This document shows positions 27,731 through 37,485 of a stretch of 64,000 nucleotides of DNA, one piece after another (positions within the stretch are counted from its first letter, which is position 1; every line of letters begins with the position of its first letter). The stretch is from an uncultured virus (IMG/VR IMGVR_UViG_3300048580_000371) (taxonomy: Duplodnaviria; Heunggongvirae; Uroviricota; Caudoviricetes). The notes under the pieces are model-generated. The model did no database searches. It was not told the DNA's origin and saw nothing but the letters and a program-made list of their open reading frames with translations. The stretch lies in IMG/VR virus record IMGVR_UViG_3300048580_000371. The stretch is one strand, 5' to 3'. A program made the translations under genes and the position numbers.

Positions 27731-28351
27731 TTATTTGGCTGTCCAAGCTAACCTAAAGATTAATTCTTGTTCTGGAAGTATCAACACACGCCCATAATAT
27801 TTATCTATCCACTGAAATTGCATCAATGACCTACTTGTTGAATTAAAATTATTATCTTTAAAATTGATGATTGGTTTAAAATTATTATTGGGCATTTTCA
27901 AAGTATGGCGACACCATTCATAAAAATCATCAATTTCTTCTTTTGTGTCACGAATTATTGTCACCATTATAAAATCACCATAGTTTGTATACTTATGGTC
28001 AACTGGATATTGCTCATCAAGTTGTTTAATTTTTTCCATAAGTTCTACTGCTGTTTCTTTATCTTTACAATCAATATTGAAATGAATATATTCAACTATA
28101 TCATAATCAGAATATTTATGAAACCCATTTGTATTATGGTTGTTTCTATCACAATATTGTACACTCAAATTACTAATATATTGTAATAAAATTTTTTCCC
28201 TTATGTAATCAGGATAGCACACGACGCACACCCTCCACCATGTTTTTTTATGTGTCATGTGTGTAAAACCACCAAATTCATCACCACCAGGACCATAATA
28301 ATATTGCATACGAATATTATTTCTATCAGGACCAGCATTTAATCTACCCAT
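27731..28351 (-). CDS. FKLRW-motif family protein (two-domain)
   Basis: ends QELIFRLAWTAK. Confidence 0.7.
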   Translation of the reverse strand: MGRLNAGPDRNNIRMQYYYGPGGDEFGGFTHMTHKKTWWRVCVVCYPDYIREKILLQYISNLSVQYCDRNNHNTNGFHKYSDYDIVEYIHFNIDCKDKETAVELMEKIKQLDEQYPVDHKYTNYGDFIMVTIIRDTKEEIDDFYEWCRHTLKMPNNNFKPIINFKDNNFNSTSRSLMQFQWIDKYYGRVLILPEQELIFRLAWTAK

Positions 28352-28644
28352 TATGCCCACCTCATTTTGAATAACAATACATCAGATGAATTTTCAAACC
28401 CCCACTGTACTTTATCATTATCATCAGACCAAGAAACACAAGCAACATGCCCAGCCATATTTTTCTCAATCCAACCCCAAAAAAAATCCTTGTCATCATT
28501 GGTGATGAATGGGCGTCTGGAAGATTCAAAATATTTACACATTTTATATGGGGTATCGTCCAAAAAATTAACAAGAAACTTTTTCCAATTAAGGTCTTCA
28601 GGACGTTCTTTTTCCATCTCAACTAAAAATTGTTTTTTATTCAT
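28351..28644 (-). CDS. FKLRW-motif family protein
   Basis: DVLLFKMRWA. Confidence 0.75.
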   Translation of the reverse strand: MNKKQFLVEMEKERPEDLNWKKFLVNFLDDTPYKMCKYFESSRRPFITNDDKDFFWGWIEKNMAGHVACVSWSDDNDKVQWGFENSSDVLLFKMRWA

Positions 28645-28964
28645 CCCCACCTCAATTTAAACATTATTGCATCTTGGGATTTTTCAAAAGCGAAAAATAT
28701 ATGATCAAACCCACCAATGCCATTGATTTCAAATTCCCCATTGGAATTAAACCATCCTCGTTGCCAACATGAATCATATAATCCAGAACAATTTCTTTTG
28801 CACCAAGAATTAGCATTTTCCAGTCTATCATGTGGATCAGAATTTTGTCCATAAGATAATTCAACGATATTCTTACTATTATAATAATACTGTTGTATCG
28901 TTCTTGCACCATAATGCTTTTTAAATTCATTTATGGTTTTCTTTCGTCCAAAAATCCAAAACAT
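28641..28964 (-). CDS. FKLRW-motif family protein
   Basis: DAIMFKLRWG. Confidence 0.75.
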   Translation of the reverse strand: MFWIFGRKKTINEFKKHYGARTIQQYYYNSKNIVELSYGQNSDPHDRLENANSWCKRNCSGLYDSCWQRGWFNSNGEFEINGIGGFDHIFFAFEKSQDAIMFKLRWG

Positions 28965-28967
28965 CCA

Positions 28968-29162
28968 TTACCCCCAAATTAACTTGAATAGCATTATGAA
29001 ATTTTCTTCAACATTGTAAAATGTGAAATCAATATACTCTTTATCATGGGTGTAATTAAATTCCCAATCATGGATATTTAAATGAATATTACAAAATTTA
29101 AATATTTTTCTGTTGTCTTCTGGATAATTTTTATTTTTAACCCTAACACAAATGGTTTTCAT
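28968..29162 (-). CDS. FKLRW-motif family protein
   Basis: FIMLFKLIWG. Confidence 0.75.
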   Translation of the reverse strand: MKTICVRVKNKNYPEDNRKIFKFCNIHLNIHDWEFNYTHDKEYIDFTFYNVEENFIMLFKLIWG

Positions 29163-29163
29163 G

Positions 29164-29403
29164 TTAGCCCCAAATTAACTTGAATAACATGGCATCTTGG
29201 GAATTTTCAAATGCAATGAAATCTGTATCAAATTGGATGTTTTTCCCTTTGCATTGTTTGAATAACCAAGAATCTAATTTTTCATATTCTATGCTATTAA
29301 ATTGAACAATATGAACATCTTTCCAAGATTTATCTTGGCTTTGAAAAAACCACATGGTGCGTTTGTTTTTTTGGCAATATTCACAATATTGTTTAAGGTT
29401 CAT
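29164..29403 (-). CDS. FKLRW-motif family protein
   Basis: DAMLFKLIWG. Confidence 0.75.
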   Translation of the reverse strand: MNLKQYCEYCQKNKRTMWFFQSQDKSWKDVHIVQFNSIEYEKLDSWLFKQCKGKNIQFDTDFIAFENSQDAMLFKLIWG

Positions 29404-29701
29404 TTAATAATCCCCGCATTTTAAATAATAATGCTTGTTGTTTTGTTCCAAAATGAAAATTGTATTCCAATACTTCTTCTTTTTGTGTTTTAAAAATTTC
29501 AATACTTATACAACCACCATTTATTAAATTTTCATATGCTGTTTTTAATAATTGGAAATATTGTTCAGTTAGATTAAAACAAGGGAAGTATGATTTTATC
29601 TCATTTCTATCAAGCTTTGTGTGCTTTGACATAATTAACATACAAATGCCATATATTTGGATTTGAAAAGGATTTGATACTTCCATTTTTAAAATATACA
29701 T
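29393..29701 (-). CDS. FKLRW-motif family protein
   Basis: QALLFKMRG. Confidence 0.7.
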   Translation of the reverse strand: MYILKMEVSNPFQIQIYGICMLIMSKHTKLDRNEIKSYFPCFNLTEQYFQLLKTAYENLINGGCISIEIFKTQKEEVLEYNFHFGTKQQALLFKMRGLLNEP

Positions 29702-30021
29702 TGTTGGTCACCCAATTTGAAAAACATTGCAGATTGTTTGTCTTCAAAAAATAAATTAACACAATTACTACCAAATGTTTCTATAGTCAACGAATCAATT
29801 TTTTTATCTTTACACCATTTGATAAACTGAATTAATATTCCTTTTGTAGCCCAAACTAAATCTGAGTTTAAATAATCCTCTAAAGTATTTATATTAATTC
29901 TCACTATTGATGTATCAGTGTAAAATTTTGGTGATTGACGATATGTTTCAAATGTTAACATTAACAATTCAAAGTAAGGTGTTGGTATATAATGTTTAAA
30001 TTTGAGAGTAACTTTTATCAT
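29689..30021 (-). CDS. FKLRW-motif family protein
   Basis: SAMFFKLG. Confidence 0.7.
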   Translation of the reverse strand: MIKVTLKFKHYIPTPYFELLMLTFETYRQSPKFYTDTSIVRININTLEDYLNSDLVWATKGILIQFIKWCKDKKIDSLTIETFGSNCVNLFFEDKQSAMFFKLGDQQCIF

Positions 30022-30302
30022 TTCCATACCATTAAAAAATGTAATAGATGAGATTTTTCTTTGAAATGAATTTCTATATATGTTGGGAGAAATGAGTTTT
30101 CAACCAACCACTGTTCTTCTTTAAATGGGGCTATATTTTTATCCAACCACAGTGTCAGCACTGTATAATAAGTATAATAAAATGGTGAGCTGTGTTCATC
30201 TATCAATGATACCCCTGCTGTATAATTATATCCAAAGGTTTTCACCATTGATGTTGTTTCTCTGTTGGATATGTCTAAATCTAATCCGGATAATTTTGTC
30301 AT
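30018..30302 (-). CDS. FKLRW-motif family protein (variant)
   Basis: HLLHFLMVWK. Confidence 0.7.
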   Translation of the reverse strand: MTKLSGLDLDISNRETTSMVKTFGYNYTAGVSLIDEHSSPFYYTYYTVLTLWLDKNIAPFKEEQWLVENSFLPTYIEIHFKEKSHLLHFLMVWK

Positions 30303-30532
30303 CTGATAATTTCTCCAAATTTTAATTTAACCATCATCGCAATAGTTTTGTCTTTTACAAATATGGTACCAAACTCAAACCCCCAATCATTAGTCATTAA
30401 ATCAAAATTATCTAATCTCCCAAAATTTACAGATAACCAATGTAATAATTCCCTTATTGTGTGTGGGTTATCTTGACTTTGGATATTAAACGTATATGGA
30501 TATAAACAACTTGAATCAAGTTCATACTTCAT
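30299..30532 (-). CDS. FKLRW-motif family protein
   Basis: IAMMVKLKFG; start at MKYEL. Confidence 0.7.
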   Translation of the reverse strand: MKYELDSSCLYPYTFNIQSQDNPHTIRELLHWLSVNFGRLDNFDLMTNDWGFEFGTIFVKDKTIAMMVKLKFGEIIR

Positions 30533-30710
30533 TAATCCAATTCTCTTTGAATGTTTGATAATCTGATTTATTTTTAAAATACAATGCCCATCCATCATTA
30601 ATAGCACGATATTCAATTGGGTAGCATTGTACTTCAAGTGAATGTTTATGAAGCCATCCTGCAACTTTTTCAATTTCAACATCAAACAATTTAACTTTAA
30701 AAGTCTTCAT
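30522..30710 (-). CDS. FKLRW-motif family protein (variant)
   Basis: YFKNKSDYQTFKENW; AAGGAG RBS. Confidence 0.7.
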   Translation of the reverse strand: MKTFKVKLFDVEIEKVAGWLHKHSLEVQCYPIEYRAINDGWALYFKNKSDYQTFKENWINEV

Positions 30711-30722
30711 TTTTAGTCTCCT

Positions 30723-30920
30723 TTATCGTTTCCATTTAAGTGTGAAGTGTATTGCTACTTTTGGGTCTTTAAAAGTGTATAATCTATAACATAACGAATC
30801 CCATTCTATATTAGGATAATGGGTTTGTATCCAATTTTCAATTTGATTGTGTCTATAATAAGACCATCCCCCCATATTAAATCTATCATATTCAACAGGC
30901 AAATCAATCGTGTAAGTCAT
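30723..30920 (-). CDS. FKLRW-motif family protein
   Basis: VAIHFTLKWKR. Confidence 0.7.
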   Translation of the reverse strand: MTYTIDLPVEYDRFNMGGWSYYRHNQIENWIQTHYPNIEWDSLCYRLYTFKDPKVAIHFTLKWKR

Positions 30921-30927
30921 AATTCCT

Positions 30928-31323
30928 CTAATATTTTAATTTAAACAGCATAGCATCTTGTTTTTGGCAAAAATCTATTCTAATATTATTTATTAAATTC
31001 AATTCTAAATCTTTATTTAATGTCCAATTGTCAATTGATACTATCGTTGGTTCAATGTTGCGTATTCCAGAAATCCAAATATTATAATATCCTTTGGTAT
31101 TATCATTCAACCAATCTATAAAATCTTGTTTAACAACGAAATTGATATTATCATTAAAATTCAAAACTTTCAATATTTTTTCATCATTTTCTAAAATTAT
31201 TGAAAGTTCTGTTGGATGCCCAAAAACTAATAAACGATTTGTGTACATCAATTGTTCTTGTTTTCGTAACACAAGTTTCATATAATTTTCAACATCCATT
31301 AATAATTCATTTTTAAAAAACAT
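30928..31323 (-). CDS. FKLRW-motif family protein
   Basis: DAMLFKLKY. Confidence 0.7.
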   Translation of the reverse strand: MFFKNELLMDVENYMKLVLRKQEQLMYTNRLLVFGHPTELSIILENDEKILKVLNFNDNINFVVKQDFIDWLNDNTKGYYNIWISGIRNIEPTIVSIDNWTLNKDLELNLINNIRIDFCQKQDAMLFKLKY

Positions 31324-31523
31324 TATATCCACCTCAATCTAAATAACACAACATTAATTTATTTTTTATATAAAAATCCATTAACACTTGAAATAATATA
31401 GCATCATTGGTGTTTTCAAAAAGTATAACACAATCAGGACGCAAATTTATAATGTCAAAACACCATTTCCCTTTACAATTTTCATAATGTTGTAACATCA
31501 TTTCTTGACAAATATATTTTCAT
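31323..31523 (-). pseudogene. decayed FKLRW-family cassette(s) with orphan 3' motif
   Basis: Frameshifted ...NCKGKWC...FENTNDAILF; separate stop-bounded VVLFRLRWI* at 31323-31355. Confidence 0.55.
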
Positions 31524-31759
31524 TTCACCCACCTCAATTTAAATAACATCTCATGGTTAGTATTTGTGAATGAAAAATCTGCACCTGTTGGACCAATATC
31601 CCAAGTTTCATATTCATTCCCAAAAGTTACTTTGCACCATGTGGCAATTTCATTAATAAAATTAATAACTTCTTGCATATCTTCATGGTTTCTTCCACCT
31701 TTATAACCAACAATATAATGATGTGGTTGTTCTGTTGGTCTAACTACTAACATTTGCAT
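31520..31759 (-). CDS. FKLRW-motif family protein
   Basis: HEMLFKLRWVK. Confidence 0.75.
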   Translation of the reverse strand: MQMLVVRPTEQPHHYIVGYKGGRNHEDMQEVINFINEIATWCKVTFGNEYETWDIGPTGADFSFTNTNHEMLFKLRWVK

Positions 31760-31946
31760 ACCTCAATTTGAATAATATTGCATCACTTGGATTTTCAAAA
31801 TTAAAACATCCTCTAAGAGGATATTGTTTCCTTTCAAATGAATATTTAATATTTTGTTGATCTAATATTTGTTGAAATCGTTCCATATCACGCTTAAACC
31901 AAAATAACCCAGAACCATCAACATATAAAATTTCAATTACAGTCAT
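31740..31946 (-). CDS. FKLRW-motif family protein
   Basis: FENPSDAILFKLRY. Confidence 0.75.
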   Translation of the reverse strand: MTVIEILYVDGSGLFWFKRDMERFQQILDQQNIKYSFERKQYPLRGCFNFENPSDAILFKLRYANVSS

Positions 31947-32359
31947 AATTGATAATCATCCTCATACCATTTTTTACAATATTCAATAGCATTTATATTC
32001 GAATTCATACAATGGTCAATTTTTTTATACCAAAACATTTTAAATTTAGCTGCATCTGATTTATTATAAAAAAACATCAATATATCAATAATATGTACAT
32101 TTTCGTCCATATACCCATAACTAATATAATAATTAATATCTTGTTCTCCACACCATTTCATAATGTGTCGAATTTGTGAAAATTCAGTTCGTTCTTCCCA
32201 TGTAATCATACCTATAACATATTTTACCACTGATAATTTATCTAAATAAGACATTTCATGATAAGTGTTATGATCTAAATGCCCCAAAACTGGGACATAA
32301 TCATAATATAATGGGTATTTTGGTGAAAACAATTTAATTGGTTTTAACCTAAATTCCAT
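31943..32359 (-). CDS. FKLRW-motif family protein
   Basis: DAAKFKMFWY with C-terminal extension. Confidence 0.7.
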   Translation of the reverse strand: MEFRLKPIKLFSPKYPLYYDYVPVLGHLDHNTYHEMSYLDKLSVVKYVIGMITWEERTEFSQIRHIMKWCGEQDINYYISYGYMDENVHIIDILMFFYNKSDAAKFKMFWYKKIDHCMNSNINAIEYCKKWYEDDYQL

Positions 32360-32360
32360 T

Positions 32361-32642
32361 TTATCCCCATTTCAATTTGAATAACATTGCATCACTTGGA
32401 TTTTCAAAATAAAAATATGCTGTAAGTTTTTTGCGTGGTGACACTTGCAATTTAATTCCAAATAAGTTAAATCTGTGTCTCCACGCTTCTCCAGATCTGT
32501 CAATGATATTACCTGCTTTATCGATTTGTCCAACATCAGGACCATGACAAGTTTCCCATTTGGTATCATCTACATTTTCAAATAACCAAGTAAAAATTTG
32601 TTCATACTCATTTTTATATTTGTCAAGAGTTACAAGTGTCAA
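32361..32642 (-). CDS. FKLRW-motif family protein
   Basis: FENPSDAMLFKLKWG. Confidence 0.75.
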   Translation of the reverse strand: MTLVTLDKYKNEYEQIFTWLFENVDDTKWETCHGPDVGQIDKAGNIIDRSGEAWRHRFNLFGIKLQVSPRKKLTAYFYFENPSDAMLFKLKWG

Positions 32643-32938
32643 CGCAATTCATCTGCTGCAGAATGGTCAATTTCATTAATGGCAAGTTTGAATGCAAGAA
32701 CGTTTGGTGATTGAACCAACCCCAAATAATAAACCCTTGGCCATTCTGAAAATGGTCTTGCTTGTTCAATGGTAAAATCTTGTCCTGGTTGATTCCCAAA
32801 CAATCTATCAACCATTGCCACAAATTTAACATATTCTTTTGGAGTATCAATGACTAATTCAATCCAAGCTCCCTTGTATTCATTTTTCGTCCATGGTGGT
32901 CGCAACTCATCTGATATAAAATATGCTTGCACAGCCAT
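32639..32938 (-). CDS. FKLRW-motif family protein (variant)
   Basis: NVLAFKLAI. Confidence 0.6.
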   Translation of the reverse strand: MAVQAYFISDELRPPWTKNEYKGAWIELVIDTPKEYVKFVAMVDRLFGNQPGQDFTIEQARPFSEWPRVYYLGLVQSPNVLAFKLAINEIDHSAADELR

Positions 32939-32940
32939 TT

Positions 32941-33381
32941 TTATTCTCCTCTAAATTTTCTTTTACTAATATATAAAATATCATAAGCAGGATATTTTAA
33001 TTTCATTAACATAGCATCACCCTTGGTATCAATCCCAATAATTCCAAAATTAACATCTTCTGGGTTTGTATCACGACATTTAATGCACAATCCTTTATAT
33101 GGATGAATAGTTTGGTTTTTTTCAATTTTATCCAAAAATCCAACTTGCCAATATGGATGCTTTTTGAAAATATCATGCAATTTTACTGTAAAAAGAGAAC
33201 TATACATTAAACCAATATTGCCCTTTTGTAAATGTGGATTATCAAGTGATTCAGGTCTAATAAAATATAAAAACCACCCTTCTCGACTCTGCAATTCATA
33301 TTTGGTTTCAACAGCAAGACTTTTTGGTATAAGTGGTTTATTATATTGAATAATTGGTATTAATCCTGACAAATCAATCAT
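32941..33381 (-). CDS. FKLRW-motif family protein (variant)
   Basis: DAMLMKLKY. Confidence 0.65.
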   Translation of the reverse strand: MIDLSGLIPIIQYNKPLIPKSLAVETKYELQSREGWFLYFIRPESLDNPHLQKGNIGLMYSSLFTVKLHDIFKKHPYWQVGFLDKIEKNQTIHPYKGLCIKCRDTNPEDVNFGIIGIDTKGDAMLMKLKYPAYDILYISKRKFRGE

Positions 33382-33809
33382 AATTCATACACCACAGGAT
33401 TGATAATTTCTTCTTCAATGATTTGTGAAATAATTCTCCAATCTCCCCCTGCCAATCCTGCTGAAATTTTTGGCATTGCAACAGGCATATTACCAACACA
33501 ATTGGTTACCTTTTTTAAACAAGTTCTAATGGCTTCATAATTACAATATTGCCTACCATCATGCCCATAAAATTGTTGGGTTACCATATTAAAGATAATA
33601 TACTTTCCATCTTGAGTCAACGCTGGAATGTTGTTGCCCAAAAATAATCCATGGTTGGTATATTCTTGATGATATAATTCATACACTTCTGGATACTTTG
33701 CCCGAATGGCTTTGGCTATTCCAGAGGCCATACGACCTTGGGCATTGCATGATTGGGCAAGTATCATTTCTGGTGCTTTTAATAGATCACCTTTTTTATA
33801 AATTATCAT
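33378..33809 (-). CDS. macro domain protein (ADP-ribose-1''-phosphatase-like)
   Basis: GDLL, QSCNAQGRMASGIAKAI, AMPKISAGLAGGDW. Confidence 0.9.
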   Translation of the reverse strand: MIIYKKGDLLKAPEMILAQSCNAQGRMASGIAKAIRAKYPEVYELYHQEYTNHGLFLGNNIPALTQDGKYIIFNMVTQQFYGHDGRQYCNYEAIRTCLKKVTNCVGNMPVAMPKISAGLAGGDWRIISQIIEEEIINPVVYEL

Positions 33810-34072
33810 GTTTTAATTCTTCCTTCCCATGTCAATTTGAATAATAAAAATTGTTGTTCATCTTTAAATGTTATCCAATATCCCCGCCAAGGGTCTTCAT
33901 TATAATCAGAATATGCAGCATTATCAAATATTTTTAATTCGCAATCTATATTATTATATTTCAACCAAACAAGAACAGGTTTATAAAAATCCTCACAATG
34001 ATGTTTTTTCTCTGCATAAATTGACCTATTATCCAGACCAAACATACGAACAGTTGGAAAATTTAATGTCAT
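33806..34072 (-). CDS. FKLRW-motif family protein
   Basis: QFLLFKLTWEG. Confidence 0.75.
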   Translation of the reverse strand: MTLNFPTVRMFGLDNRSIYAEKKHHCEDFYKPVLVWLKYNNIDCELKIFDNAAYSDYNEDPWRGYWITFKDEQQFLLFKLTWEGRIKT

Positions 34073-34296
34073 CCTTTACTCCATTTTAATACCAACATTA
34101 TGGCTTCTTCGTTGGTTTTATATTTTTTCTCCACTAAAGTATTTGCCCATTGTTGTATTGTCAAACATATTTTCCCATCAATATACCAAAGAAAATTATC
34201 ATTACATTTTACTGCAGGTCCATCTTCACAATGTAATAATCCATCCTTATAGTGTCTGAACAAAGCATTGCTTTGATGCCAACCATTTCTTGCCAT
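34069..34296 (-). CDS. HRxDGPA-repeat protein with LVLKW helix
   Basis: LHCEDGPA; YKTNEEAIMLVLKW. Confidence 0.7.
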   Translation of the reverse strand: MARNGWHQSNALFRHYKDGLLHCEDGPAVKCNDNFLWYIDGKICLTIQQWANTLVEKKYKTNEEAIMLVLKWSKG

Positions 34297-35393
34297 TAAC
34301 CAGCCCCAAAAACGTTATTGATTTGGGCAGTTACTTGTACAAACGTTGCCCGTTTTGGCATTTCTTTAATGGTTCGTGCGCCCATATATGTGGCTGCAGA
34401 ATTCAACCCACCAAGGATTTCAGAGATAGTATTCTTGACTGGACCACGATATGGGACATCAACAGACTTACCTTCAGATGCCCGATATTCCTTTAATCCA
34501 CCATTATATTTTTCCATGGCTTCTTTACTGGACATACCATATGCACGTTTGAATTTTTTTACTTCAACAATCTGCTTATCATTTTCGTCCAATTCATTGG
34601 TAAGGAACCGCTTGGTGATAATTTCACCACCAGACTCATCATGCCCAGCGAACATCCCACCAACCATCGTGAAATCAGCACCACCAGAATAGGCTTTAGC
34701 GAAGTCACCAGGGACTGTCAACCCACCATCTGCACAAACCATGCCACCAACACCATGGGCAGCATCTGCACATTCAATAACAGATGATAGTTGTGGATAA
34801 CCAATGCCTGTGACTTTGCGGGTAAGACAAAATGCCCCAGGACCAATACCAATTTTTACCACAGATACACCAGACAAAATCAATTCTTCAGTCATTTCTG
34901 GTGTGACAACGTTGCCAGCCATAACCGCAATATTGGGGAATTCATCTTTGAACCGTTTGATAAAATCAACGAATGATTGCTGATAACCATTGGCAACATC
35001 AATACAAATTTTGTTTGGTTGTAGTTCAGTTGGCAATAGTGAATTGACTGTGCGAAGTTTTTCCATATCTTTCTCAACCAAACCAATACTATACCAAGTA
35101 TTTCCAGTCACTGTGGAAGACTCATTCTTCCAAAAATCAATTAAAGTTTCAACGTCATAATGTTTGTGAATGGCTGTCATACAAGAATGTTCTGATAGTG
35201 CCTTTGCCATCTCAAGGGTACCTGATGAATCCATATTGGCTGCGATGATTGGGGTACCTTGCCATTCAACAGTGGAGTGTAGGAACTTGAATTTGCGAAC
35301 CAACGATACCTCTGAACGAGATGATAGGGTTGACCGTTTTGGTACAAGTAGAACATTTGAATAATCGAGCTTGACGCCATCTTGAAACCGCAT
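34296..35393 (-). CDS. guaC: GMP reductase
   Basis: VLLVPKRSTLSSRSEVSL, IIAANMD, CIDVANGY, KIGIGPGAFCLTR, GYPQLSSVIECADAAHG, YRASEGK; TTGACA-17-TATGAT upstream. Confidence 0.95.
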   Translation of the reverse strand: MRFQDGVKLDYSNVLLVPKRSTLSSRSEVSLVRKFKFLHSTVEWQGTPIIAANMDSSGTLEMAKALSEHSCMTAIHKHYDVETLIDFWKNESSTVTGNTWYSIGLVEKDMEKLRTVNSLLPTELQPNKICIDVANGYQQSFVDFIKRFKDEFPNIAVMAGNVVTPEMTEELILSGVSVVKIGIGPGAFCLTRKVTGIGYPQLSSVIECADAAHGVGGMVCADGGLTVPGDFAKAYSGGADFTMVGGMFAGHDESGGEIITKRFLTNELDENDKQIVEVKKFKRAYGMSSKEAMEKYNGGLKEYRASEGKSVDVPYRGPVKNTISEILGGLNSAATYMGARTIKEMPKRATFVQVTAQINNVFGAG

Positions 35394-35491
35394 AATATTT
35401 CCTCCTCTAAATTACCCTTCATCATAACTCAATTTTTCCAATTTGTCAATAAATTGATAAATACCTTATACCAAATTTTGGAGGTTAAATT

Positions 35492-36163
35492 ATGCGTTGG
35501 AAAGAAATTATCAATGAAACAGAATCGGAAACAATAATATATGGTCGCACAATTACACAGTGGGAAGATTTTTATTATTATTTACAAAATAGTGTAGCAG
35601 ATTTGAGAAAAGGTTCTTTGTTTTGGAAACAATATAAATTAACATTTGATAGAAGAACAACAAAAGAATTTCAGGATAATTTTGTTAAAACAGCTAACTG
35701 GTTATATCATAACGCAGGCAAAGAATTTACAAATACTGAAATAGGACTCAATATTATGCGATTTGTTGGGCATTTTGTGAGAGGTTATCCTGAATATGAA
35801 AATTTCATGAATGACATAAAAAAAATGATTAATGATAATCCTATATTATATAAAGTAGGAGACACTGTTGAATATGAATATTATATTTCAAGTCGTGTGG
35901 TGGACAAACATGGTGAAACTTGGAATTCATATCATACAGAAAAACGAGGTATTTGGCCATTTAAAAATGACCACATAGTAAAAACAACAAATTACAAATC
36001 ACCAACATATAAAACAGATAACAAACGTATTGTCAGCCATGGCATTATTTTAAAAATAGAACGTGATGATAGTTCATATAAAGTTTATTATGTTGTTAAA
36101 AAACCTGATTCTTATGTTAATGATAAAATAAGTCAAAAATCTGTGATTAAAAAAATAGGATAA
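35492..36163 (+). CDS. hypothetical late protein, CTS-like start
   Basis: MRWKEIINE; GATAAATA 35456-35463; GGAGG RBS. Confidence 0.7.
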   Translation: MRWKEIINETESETIIYGRTITQWEDFYYYLQNSVADLRKGSLFWKQYKLTFDRRTTKEFQDNFVKTANWLYHNAGKEFTNTEIGLNIMRFVGHFVRGYPEYENFMNDIKKMINDNPILYKVGDTVEYEYYISSRVVDKHGETWNSYHTEKRGIWPFKNDHIVKTTNYKSPTYKTDNKRIVSHGIILKIERDDSSYKVYYVVKKPDSYVNDKISQKSVIKKIG

Positions 36164-36171
36164 TTTAAAAC

Positions 36172-37260
36172 ATGAAATTAAAAGAATTATTAATGGAAAC
36201 TCTTCATTCTGAATTCAAAATTGGATTCGAGTTGGAAGCTCTTTATCCAGGTAATAATATGTTCGCAGAAGATTACTTTGAAGACATTGAACCCATTTTA
36301 AAAAAATATTTCCCACAAGTCAATAAATTTGATTTGAAAGGTGATGGTTCAATTAAACCCTTTGAAGGTTATATGGGTTTTGAATGGGCATCACCAACAT
36401 TCAATCTAACACCATCATTTGTCAAACAAACTTCCATTTTCTTTTCAGAATTGAATAAGAATAAAATAAAAATAAATGAATCGTGTGGGCTTCATGTTCA
36501 TATGTCTTTTCCAAAAATGACCAATCAAGATATGGCATGGGTAACTTGTCATCTTGCATTGCATCCAGAAGTCATTGATAGTCTATCATCAATTGATGAA
36601 TTTTCGTTTGAGTCAGAACATGCTAACACTGATTCATTAATACAATTAGAACAAGATTTAAAGAATAAAAATTGGAAAAGCGTTTCAAAACTTTTAAACC
36701 ATGATAAGTATAAATTTCTTCGTATGCACCCACAAGGTAGTCTTGAATGGAGGGCACCAAGAGGATTTTTGGTAAGACAAGATTATCTATTGATGAAACG
36801 ATTTTTCGTGATGGTGTATAGTTTCACACGCTGGATTATGAAATTCCAAAATGAAAAAACAATAAATGGAATATCAAGGGAAGAATTTTTTAACCATGTT
36901 AGTAATTCATTCACCAAAACAACTACTTCAACAAGGGATGTTGTCAATAAAATTAATAAAATGTTGTATTCTGGTGGATATAATACAGAAGAAAAAATAA
37001 CAGAATTTTTAAGTAAATTACATGTTAATAAATTAAAACAAATAATTTTGTGTGACAAATTTTTGTTCAAATATATTGAAAATCCATCATTGGAATTATT
37101 ACAATTCTCTCTTGAGAATGGGAGTTTAATTAGTGCTGAACAAGTCAGAAAAATTATTCTAAATAATAACACCGATGATATAACACCAGAATTGAAAAAA
37201 TTAATAAAAACAAAATTCCCATTCTTTAAAGAATTACTTCTTATGATTTCAGCCACGTAA
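36172..37260 (+). CDS. putative amidoligase (COOH-NH2 ligase type), CTS-like start
   Basis: IGFELE, DGSI, GFEWASP, SCGLHVHMS, KY, LEWR. Confidence 0.75.
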   Translation: MKLKELLMETLHSEFKIGFELEALYPGNNMFAEDYFEDIEPILKKYFPQVNKFDLKGDGSIKPFEGYMGFEWASPTFNLTPSFVKQTSIFFSELNKNKIKINESCGLHVHMSFPKMTNQDMAWVTCHLALHPEVIDSLSSIDEFSFESEHANTDSLIQLEQDLKNKNWKSVSKLLNHDKYKFLRMHPQGSLEWRAPRGFLVRQDYLLMKRFFVMVYSFTRWIMKFQNEKTINGISREEFFNHVSNSFTKTTTSTRDVVNKINKMLYSGGYNTEEKITEFLSKLHVNKLKQIILCDKFLFKYIENPSLELLQFSLENGSLISAEQVRKIILNNNTDDITPELKKLIKTKFPFFKELLLMISAT

Positions 37261-37485
37261 AATTTGTTCAATTTCCATCATATATTTTTGTGCAAGATAG
37301 CTTTTATATGCCTGTTTTATTTCCCAATTAATCCCACTTTCAGACGTGGCTGTAGCTCTCCAAGCCAAACCTTGATTAGATAATCCTTCTTCACCTTTTT
37401 TCATTGCGGTGAAGAGGTCTCCTTTTTCTGAACTTGATTTGTTAATCACTACTGTTTTTTCAAATTCTTTAAATGAAGAAATCAT
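37249..37485 (-). CDS. hypothetical protein
   Basis: Coupled ORF. Confidence 0.55.
   Translation of the reverse strand: MISSFKEFEKTVVINKSSSEKGDLFTAMKKGEEGLSNQGLAWRATATSESGINWEIKQAYKSYLAQKYMMEIEQILRG

Noticed and set aside
11616..34296. CRISPR array or integron for the recurring ~30-bp motif
   Set aside because: The motif is degenerate, in-frame coding and irregularly spaced; no attC-like palindromes, cas genes or integrase in the window.
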